Below are positions 1 to 4,531 of a DNA stretch of 6,403 nucleotides, in pieces. The stretch spans positions 2,172 through 8,574 of the forward strand of contig CAZMCX010000030.1 in the NCBI GenBank assembly GCA_964565125.1, written 5' to 3'. Under the pieces are notes generated by a model. The model searched no databases. It was given only the letters and a program-made list of their open reading frames with translations, and had not been told where the DNA came from. Position 1 is the first letter of the stretch. The number at the start of each line of letters is the position of its first letter. This DNA is from an uncultured archaeon. GTDB lineage: Archaea > Iainarchaeota > Iainarchaeia > Iainarchaeales > 0-14-0-20-30-16. The position numbers were made by a program, and so were the translations under genes.

Positions 1-59
1 ATGGATTTGTTATATTCTGTGTTCTTTTCTCTTAAATATATTGAATCAGTAGTATAATC

Positions 60-224
60 CTAATCTAATTTTGATAGTCCACTCTTTGGTTTTGTATTTA
101 ATTTCTGGATTATTTCTTTTTCTGATAAATTTCTATCTTTTAGTTTTTCCTTGCAATGTTTTGTTAAAAAAAGATGATTATTTTTTGCATATTCTTTTAT
201 TTTTTTGATTGTTTCAGAGATTAT
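60..224 (-). CDS. Possible small ORF (54 codons) with a DUF4258-like motif and no canonical start codon
   Basis: My own minus-strand translation is open between TAA (239..237) and TAG (62..60): KGQT-IISETIKKIKEYAKNNHLFLTKHCKEKLKDRNLSEKEIIQKLNTKPKSGLSKLD*. The H-x3-K..R-N-L-S-x-x-E-I pattern resembles small DUF4258-type proteins from memory. There is no ATG, GTG or TTG in frame. GGGGCA-AACT-ATA (ATA at 224..222) has the same SD-to-start spacing as neighbouring genes. It lies 28 nt downstream of the 253..867 gene on the same strand. Confidence 0.25.
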   Translation of the reverse strand: MISETIKKIKEYAKNNHLFLTKHCKEKLKDRNLSEKEIIQKLNTKPKSGLSKLD

Positions 225-252
225 AGTTTGCCCCTTTTATAATAATTTGACT

Positions 253-867
253 TTACCACAATCCGGTTACAACCAACACAATCCCAGCTGCTAGGCTGAT
301 TATGTGTAATAACAAATAATCCAGGGTTGTTGTGCTACCTAAAAGGACGAACTTGGCGATTACTATTAAGATTAATAAAATTCCTAATCCAAGAATAATC
401 TTCTTGACTATTGCTGTTTTGCCTTGTCCTGGAGAGAAATGCTCGATCTTGTAATCTAAAGTATTAATGTCTTTCTTTTGAAGATCAACTTTCTGTTTCA
501 TATCATTTACAATATCTGAAATAGTTTCGGATTTCTTGTTAATGTTCTGCTCAAACTTATCTTGTTTTCTTGCGGTCTCTTTTACAAAATCATCTGTTTC
601 TGTTGCTATTAGGCTTTTGTTTTTTTCTATTATGTTCTCAAGAATTTTCTTCTCGATCTCTGATTCCTTTTCTTCTAAATAATTAATTGTTTCTTTTTTT
701 GTTTCTGACAAAATCAGATCGAAAGTATTGGCTTCTGACATAAGTAGAAGATTCTTTATTTGGGCTTCATTAACCCCCAAAGATTTTAGAGTCTCAACAA
801 TCTTCTCTTCGCTTTCTCCTTTACTTAACATGTCTTTTATAATCTTAATAATATTTGGTTCAACCAT
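253..867 (-). CDS. Hypothetical membrane-anchored coiled-coil protein: N-terminal small helical domain, long charged helical region, two C-terminal TM helices
   Basis: 204-aa ORF. SD-like GAGGGAT-TGCT-ATG precedes the start at 867. The central region is rich in E, K, I and L with a heptad-like character (EKESEIEKKILENIIEKNKSL..., KQKVDLQKKDINTLDYKIE). Two hydrophobic C-terminal stretches are present (KKIILGLGILLILIVIAKFVLL and LDYLLLHIISLAAGIVLVVTGLW). I recognise no family. Confidence 0.7.
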   Translation of the reverse strand: MVEPNIIKIIKDMLSKGESEEKIVETLKSLGVNEAQIKNLLLMSEANTFDLILSETKKETINYLEEKESEIEKKILENIIEKNKSLIATETDDFVKETARKQDKFEQNINKKSETISDIVNDMKQKVDLQKKDINTLDYKIEHFSPGQGKTAIVKKIILGLGILLILIVIAKFVLLGSTTTLDYLLLHIISLAAGIVLVVTGLW

Positions 868-884
868 AGCAATCCCTCATCTGT

Positions 885-1520
885 CTAACTTACCTTTAAA
901 TCAAAATTTATCTCTTCATCAATACTGTTTGCTTCATTAAAAATATGAAAAAATATCTTGTTTGTTCCTTGTAATTTTGGAATAATTATAAACAAAAACT
1001 TTTCACACTTATCTTTCTCAACGATCTTTGTTTTTTCTGTATTAGTTATTTCGAATGCGCTGTTTTTGTAAATTTCTGCAGTTAATCCAATGTCATTGCC
1101 GGTATTGCAAATTGAAAGAACAATTTCAGTTGAAATGTCTTTCTTTAGCTCTTTGTAACTTATGTTAAAGTTAAGGTAATCAAAACCTTTGAAATCTTTT
1201 AGATCGATTTCTTTGTAGAATTTTTGGACACCTGCAGCATTTACTTCTAAAATGTTTTTCCCTTTTGCAAGGATTATGTTAATTATTTTTTCTTCGTCGG
1301 GATATAGACTAAATACTTCTCCGTTTTTTCCATTTAGAGTTACAAAAATATTTGTTATAATGTGGTTTTGGGTATTAGTTATTTTTAGTTCTAAACTGTT
1401 TTCTTTAAGTTCTGCTTTAACATCTAAATCTTTATTTATGAATAATAAAACCAAGACAGAAATAAGCACAAGAATTATAAAAATTAAGAGTACTCCTTGA
1501 AGTATTTTCTTTGAAAACAT
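885..1520 (-). CDS. Hypothetical N-terminally anchored (signal-anchor) beta-rich extracytoplasmic protein, possibly with Ig/CARDB-like modules
   Basis: 211-aa ORF. The N-terminus MFSKKILQGVLLIFIILVLISVLVLLF is a TM or signal anchor. The rest alternates hydrophobic and polar residues in a beta-strand-like pattern (LELKITNTQNHIITNIFVTL, EIVLSICNTGNDIGLTAEIY, KFLFIIIPKL). The start lies 5 nt downstream of the pth2 stop, and the gene ends in TAG. Confidence 0.7.
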   Translation of the reverse strand: MFSKKILQGVLLIFIILVLISVLVLLFINKDLDVKAELKENSLELKITNTQNHIITNIFVTLNGKNGEVFSLYPDEEKIINIILAKGKNILEVNAAGVQKFYKEIDLKDFKGFDYLNFNISYKELKKDISTEIVLSICNTGNDIGLTAEIYKNSAFEITNTEKTKIVEKDKCEKFLFIIIPKLQGTNKIFFHIFNEANSIDEEINFDLKVS

Positions 1521-1525
1521 GCTAT

Positions 1526-1870
1526 TTAAAGAAGTTTTAATTTATTTATATATCTATCGATTTCTTTTTCTTTTACTGGCCCTATTCCAATACAAGTGTG
1601 AGTATTGGGCTCTACTTGGGTGTGGCCCGCATCAGTTATAAGAACTGTTGGAAATTTCGGTTTTAGGATGTTGTAGAGTTTTAATAATTCGTCTTCACTT
1701 TCAACTTTCAAAACAATTTTCTTTTGGTATGGCAACCAGTCTTCTACTATGTTTTTATCTCGGTTTTTTGCAATTAAAAATGCAGAAAGGGAGGCGTGCG
1801 ATGCCTGCGCAGCAATCTTTCCTTTCCCCATTTTTAAGTCAGATCTAACTATAATAACCTGTTTGCACAT
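1526..1870 (-). CDS. pth2: Peptidyl-tRNA hydrolase, archaeal/eukaryotic type (Pth2)
   Basis: The sequence QVIIVRSDLKMGKGKIAAQASHASLSAF ... VLITDAGHTQVEPNTHTCIGIGP ... INKLKLL matches the Pth2 family hallmarks (VVR.DL.MGKGK.AAQ..HA and DAG.TQ...GT.T...IGP). The ORF-track start at 1990 overlaps the upstream gene (stop at 1893..1895) and adds a basic extension not seen in Pth2. I place the start at the ATG at 1870 (MCKQVIIV...), preceded by AGGATG-TTAT. The ATG at 1879 is an alternative. Confidence 0.9.
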   Translation of the reverse strand: MCKQVIIVRSDLKMGKGKIAAQASHASLSAFLIAKNRDKNIVEDWLPYQKKIVLKVESEDELLKLYNILKPKFPTVLITDAGHTQVEPNTHTCIGIGPVKEKEIDRYINKLKLL

Positions 1871-1892
1871 ATATAACATCCTATTGGCTTTT

Positions 1893-2327
1893 TTATTCTG
1901 GATTCTCTTCGGGCTCATCCTCTGGTTCGTCTTCAGGTTCTTCGTAGTCTTCATCATCTTGCTCAACTTCAGCTTTAACTGCGCCATCAATTGGCATTAA
2001 GTAAGTAATTGTTTTTGTTATTCCGTAATCTCCCCACATGTGACTGAATGAAACTTCCCTGCCGATAGGCAACTTCAATGCCTTGTATCCTTGGAACATT
2101 AATTCTTCTAGCTCACCATTGGTTCTCTTTAGATGAAATGTACTGTTATATCCAATGATTGCATAATTTGAATTAGCATCAAGTAATTTGAATACATTTT
2201 GTTTTGTTATTTTATCAGAATGGAATTCTTCCCCTACGCCGACGTCAACTTCCTCTGTTTCCCTTTCTTTGCTGAAAGGAGGAACCCACAGGTTTTTTAT
2301 TGAATTTACCTGCATTTTTGTTTTCAT
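1893..2327 (-). CDS. Hypothetical small protein: beta-rich core plus polyacidic C-terminal tail, first gene of the operon divergent from ftsZ
   Basis: ORF of 144-146 aa. The C-terminus is EVEQDDEDYEEPEDEPEDEPEENPE. The start is probably the second ATG (2327), because GGGGAT-GATT-ATG matches the local SD spacing, whereas the ATG at 2333 lies inside the SD. I recognise no family. Confidence 0.65.
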   Translation of the reverse strand: MKTKMQVNSIKNLWVPPFSKERETEEVDVGVGEEFHSDKITKQNVFKLLDANSNYAIIGYNSTFHLKRTNGELEELMFQGYKALKLPIGREVSFSHMWGDYGITKTITYLMPIDGAVKAEVEQDDEDYEEPEDEPEDEPEENPE

Positions 2328-2381
2328 AATCATCCCCTCTAGTATAATAAATTTTTTTATTCAAAAAAAAGGCTTTAATCC

Positions 2382-2389
2382 TATATATA
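2382..2389. promoter_or_regulatory. Candidate TATA box (TATATATA) in the ftsZ-divergent intergenic region, possibly serving the minus-strand operon
   Basis: A palindromic TATATATA lies about 55 nt upstream of the minus-strand start at 2327. The region is AT-rich, so this is weakly discriminating. TTTATTATA (minus-strand reading of about 2341..2352) is an alternative. Confidence 0.3.
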
Positions 2390-2454
2390 CCTTTTCTTTT
2401 ATGTATTAAAGAAGATAAGAATTTAAAACTAAGTTGATTTATAATATTTACTTT

Positions 2455-2464
2455 TCTATAAATA
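2455..2464 (+). promoter_or_regulatory. Candidate ftsZ TATA box (TCTATAAATA)
   Basis: An archaeal TATA-like A/T octamer lies about 50 nt upstream of the ftsZ ATG, predicting a TSS near 2486. The alternative TTTATAAT at 2438..2445 would place the TSS near 2468. Confidence 0.4.
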
Positions 2465-2468
2465 TAGT

Positions 2469-2484
2469 AACTACTTGTGTAGTT
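2469..2484. promoter_or_regulatory. Perfect palindrome AACTAC-ttgt-GTAGTT followed by a T6 run, between the candidate TATA box and the ftsZ start
   Basis: Read directly: 2469 AACTAC 2474, spacer ttgt, 2479 GTAGTT 2484, then TTTT. It is either a DNA operator-type site or a 5-prime-UTR hairpin, depending on which TATA box is used. Confidence 0.4.
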
Positions 2485-2510
2485 TTTTATGTTAATTTGG
2501 GGGAATACAA

Positions 2511-3665
2511 ATGAAGAGTCTATTAAACAACGCGATAATAAAGGCAAAAGAAGAAGCCAAGAAGCCGGTTTCAGATAAGAGAGCGAATTCTGCTGTTGAT
2601 GAAGATATTATTAGGGTTTTAGAAGAGTCAAAGGCAAAGATTAAAGTTTTCGGTGCAGGTGGTGCAGGCGGAAACGCAGTAAATAGAATGAAGGAAAGCG
2701 AAATAGATAGTGTTGAACTTATTGCAGTTAATACTGATGCCCAAGCATTAATTAGTAATATTGCAGATAAGAAAATATTAGTTGGAAGAAAATTAACAAA
2801 AGGGTTGGGTGCAGGCTCTGAGCCAAATGTTGGTGAAGCCGCAGCAAAAGAATCAAAAACAGAATTAGAAAAAGAGATTAAAGGTTCTGATTTGGTTTTC
2901 ATTACTTGTGGGCTTGGCGGTGGAACAGGAACTGGTGTTGCGCCGGTAATTGCAGAAATTGCAAAAGAGAATAGTGCGTTGACTATTGCAGTAGTAACTT
3001 TGCCATTTACAGTAGAAGGAAGAGTAAGAACTGCTAATGCTTTAGAAGGATTAAAAAAATTAAGAAGTGTTGTTGACACAGTAATTGTGATCCCTAATGA
3101 TAAGATACTTGAAATTGCGCCGGATTTACCATTAAACACAGCATTTAGGGTTGCTGATGAAGTTTTAACAAATGCAGTTAAAGGAATTGCAGAAATGATC
3201 ACAAAGCCGGGATTGATTAACTTGGACTTTGCAGATTTAAGAACAATAATGAGTCGGGGTGGGGCAGCAATGATTGGTTTAGGGGAAAGTACTCCTGAAG
3301 CAAATTCAACTGATCGGGCGCTATTGGCTGCAGAGAATGCATTAACATCTCCTTTACTGGATATTGATATTTCAAAAGCAAAAAGGGCTTTAGTAAATGT
3401 TGTTGGTGGAACAGATATGAGTATTAAAGAAGCCCAAACTATTGTTGAAGCAGTAGCAAGTAAGATTGATCCCGAAGCACATATAATTTGGGGTGCTATG
3501 ATTGACCAGGAGATGGCAAAAACACAGATTAGGGCAATGATAGTAATTGTTGGTGGTTATTTCCCTTATATTGATGGACCTGTGACAGGAAAGTCTGATA
3601 AAACAAAGTTTAGAGATTCTGATGACGAAGAATTAGATGATTTTGATATAGGCTATACAGGTTAA
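2511..3665 (+). CDS. ftsZ: Cell division GTPase FtsZ (tubulin homologue), probably FtsZ1-type judged from the ftsZ-secE-nusG linkage
   Basis: 384 aa. Contains the motifs GAGGAGGNAVNRM, NTDAQAL and the tubulin signature GLGGGTGTGVAPVIAEIAKE, plus VVTLPFTVEGRVR and the C-terminal peptide EELDDFDIGYTG. The ftsZ-secE-nusG order is a known conserved archaeal arrangement. Confidence 0.97.
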   Translation: MKSLLNNAIIKAKEEAKKPVSDKRANSAVDEDIIRVLEESKAKIKVFGAGGAGGNAVNRMKESEIDSVELIAVNTDAQALISNIADKKILVGRKLTKGLGAGSEPNVGEAAAKESKTELEKEIKGSDLVFITCGLGGGTGTGVAPVIAEIAKENSALTIAVVTLPFTVEGRVRTANALEGLKKLRSVVDTVIVIPNDKILEIAPDLPLNTAFRVADEVLTNAVKGIAEMITKPGLINLDFADLRTIMSRGGAAMIGLGESTPEANSTDRALLAAENALTSPLLDIDISKAKRALVNVVGGTDMSIKEAQTIVEAVASKIDPEAHIIWGAMIDQEMAKTQIRAMIVIVGGYFPYIDGPVTGKSDKTKFRDSDDEELDDFDIGYTG

Positions 3666-3678
3666 AATAAGCAGAAAT

Positions 3679-3712
3679 TAAGTGAGTTGTATTTAAAAAG
3701 ACAATCCACTTA
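3679..3712. promoter_or_regulatory. Imperfect inverted repeat enclosing a TATA-like TATTTAAAAA box; candidate secE promoter, operator and/or ftsZ 3-prime hairpin
   Basis: TAAGTG-a-GTTGT (3679..3690) pairs with ACAAT-c-CACTTA (3701..3712), giving 11 pairs including one G-T, plus a 1x1 mismatch. The loop carries TATTTAAAAA (3690..3699), which predicts a TSS near 3720-3725, just upstream of the hairpin element. Confidence 0.4.
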
Positions 3713-3738
3713 TTAGGTATTAAAAAGTGATGTTATGG

Positions 3739-3783
3739 CAAGTTTGAGTTTATGCTCAAAATCGCAAAAACATCAAACAGGAC
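3739..3783 (+). promoter_or_regulatory. Conserved structured element, copy A (secE leader)
   Basis: CAA-GTTTGA(3742-3747)-GTTT(3748-3751)-A-TGC(3753-3755)-loop tcaaaatc-GCA(3764-3766)-A-AAAC(3768-3771)-A-TCAAAC(3773-3778)-AGGAC. About 38 of 48 aligned positions are identical to copy B at 5219..5266, with the same secondary-structure geometry. Confidence 0.6.
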
Positions 3784-3807
3784 ATCAAAATATGGAATGT
3801 GATTTTA

Positions 3808-3969
3808 ATGGCAAATTTAATTGAAAATTCAAAAAGAGTGTTTACTGTGGCTAAAAAACCAGATAAACAAGAGTTTTGGGGTATTGCTAAGTCAACAGGC
3901 TTAGGGATATTATTTATTGGGCTTGTTGGATTTATAATTTATTTGATATTTCATTTCTTCTTGTTATAG
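3808..3969 (+). CDS. secE: Protein translocase subunit SecE / Sec61-gamma (below the ORF-track size cutoff)
   Basis: My own translation gives MANLIENSKRVFTVAKKPDKQEFWGIAKSTGLGILFIGLVGFIIYLIFHFFLL*, 53 aa. The RV..V.KKP.K.EF..IAK.TGLGI..G..GFII pattern and single C-terminal TM helix are typical of archaeal SecE. SD GTGAT-TTTA-ATG precedes it. It sits between ftsZ and spt5 as in other archaea. Confidence 0.85.
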   Translation: MANLIENSKRVFTVAKKPDKQEFWGIAKSTGLGILFIGLVGFIIYLIFHFFLL

Positions 3970-3981
3970 ATGTGATTATTT

Positions 3982-4419
3982 ATGATGTTTACTTTGAGAA
4001 CAATGTATGGAAGAGAAGAGTTAGTTGCATGTATCCTTAAGAAAAAAGTTGAAGATGAAGGGCTGGCAATTTATTCTGTAATTATGATGCCAAATGTTAA
4101 AAACTACCTTTTGGTTGAATCTGATAATGAAACAACTCTGAAAAGAGCAATCATAGATATTCCTTATGTAAGAAAAACAAATATTACTGTCGGAAATGTG
4201 AGCCAGGAAGAGTTGAAATCTTTGCTAAAGGTTGAGCCTATGATGCAGAAACTTGATGTTGGAATAGTAGTAGAAATAAAGAATGGATACTTAAAGGGAA
4301 GTAGGGCAAGAGTAGTAAGAGTAAACCCAACAAAGGAAGAAGTAACTGTTGAGGTACTTGATGCTGCGGTTAAAATCCCTATAACTATTAAAGCTGAGAG
4401 TGTAAAAATAATAGAGTAA
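3982..4419 (+). CDS. spt5: Transcription elongation factor Spt5 (archaeal NusG), NGN plus KOW domains
   Basis: 145 aa. The N-terminus FTLRTMYGREELVA is the NGN opening, comparable to archaeal IFAVRTT.GQE. The C-terminal KOW is GIVVEIKNGYLKGSRARVVRVNPTKEEVTVEV. SD GTGAT (3972..3976) lies 5 nt upstream of the ATG. Confidence 0.93.
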   Translation: MMFTLRTMYGREELVACILKKKVEDEGLAIYSVIMMPNVKNYLLVESDNETTLKRAIIDIPYVRKTNITVGNVSQEELKSLLKVEPMMQKLDVGIVVEIKNGYLKGSRARVVRVNPTKEEVTVEVLDAAVKIPITIKAESVKIIE

Positions 4420-4453
4420 ATTTGCTTTAATTTCTTCATAAATAAGGCATATC

Positions 4454-4479
4454 TTTATAAACATATATTTGCCTATAAA
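4454..4479 (+). promoter_or_regulatory. Two candidate TATA boxes (TTTATAAA 4454..4461 and CTATAAAT 4472..4479) upstream of rpl1
   Basis: These A/T-rich octamers lie in the 112-nt spt5-rpl1 spacer. They follow a T-rich tract after the spt5 stop (TTTGCTTTAATTTCTT) that could act as an archaeal oligo-T terminator. Confidence 0.35.
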
Positions 4480-4489
4480 TTACCAATAA

Positions 4490-4520
4490 GCCTAGTTTTA
4501 GGCCGTACTGCATATTGCAG
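4490..4520 (+). promoter_or_regulatory. Twin short hairpins in the rpl1 leader; the second abuts the SD
   Basis: GCCTA-gttt-TAGGC (4490..4503) and CTGCA-tat-TGCAG (4508..4520). The SD GGAGG is at 4520..4524, so G4520 is shared by the stem and the SD. The TTG start is at 4532. Confidence 0.45.
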
Positions 4521-4531
4521 GAGGTTTTAAC

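Noticed and set aside
1-57. Plus-strand ATG at position 1 opening an 18-codon ORF (MDLLYSVFFSLKYIESVV*)
   Set aside because: It is too short, has no upstream context in the window, and is hydrophobic AT-rich noise. It more likely lies antisense to a decayed minus-strand frame.
60-62. TAG at the end of the small minus-strand ORF as a recoded or read-through codon (alternative genetic code or pyrrolysine)
   Set aside because: TAG clearly functions as the terminator of secE, rpl10, rpl12 and the 211-aa gene in this same window, each ending at the expected protein C-terminus. Global TAG reassignment is therefore not supported.
1871-1990. N-terminal 40-residue basic extension of Pth2 in the ORF track (MMAQLKLKLSK...)
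   Set aside because: It overlaps the 3-prime end of the upstream gene in another frame. Pth2 family proteins begin right at the VVR.DL strand, and an SD-like AGGA precedes the internal ATG at 1870.
728-2547. Short ORF-track entries 728..940(+), 1252..1500(+), 1648..1848(+), 1749..2000(+), 2188..2409(+) and 2245..2547(-)
   Set aside because: All are antisense or overlap better-supported genes, or they span the divergent promoter region. They are hydrophobic or low-complexity translations of AT-rich DNA without SD contexts.
2492-3202. 236-aa ORF on the minus strand, antisense to ftsZ
   Set aside because: It lies entirely inside the confidently identified ftsZ CDS. Its product is low-complexity (rich in S, T, A, I, L and F) with no motif. 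This is a typical shadow ORF produced by the codon bias of the sense gene.
3727-3814. The hairpin elements as C/D-box or H/ACA guide sRNAs
   Set aside because: GTGATGT (3727) and ATGATCA (5214) resemble a C box (RUGAUGA) at 6 of 7 positions. However, no properly placed D box (CUGA) or C-prime/D-prime pair exists within either unit. The ACA after the stem would suit an H/ACA RNA, but the hairpin has only a 1-nt bulge and a 1x1 loop, with no pseudouridylation pocket or K-turn.
3735-3824. The two uORFs as a conserved leader peptide
   Set aside because: The peptides are unrelated (MASLSLCSKSQ... versus MIKFEFMLTRF...), and the conserved nucleotides fall in different codon phases. Any uORF function would therefore depend on position and not on the peptide.
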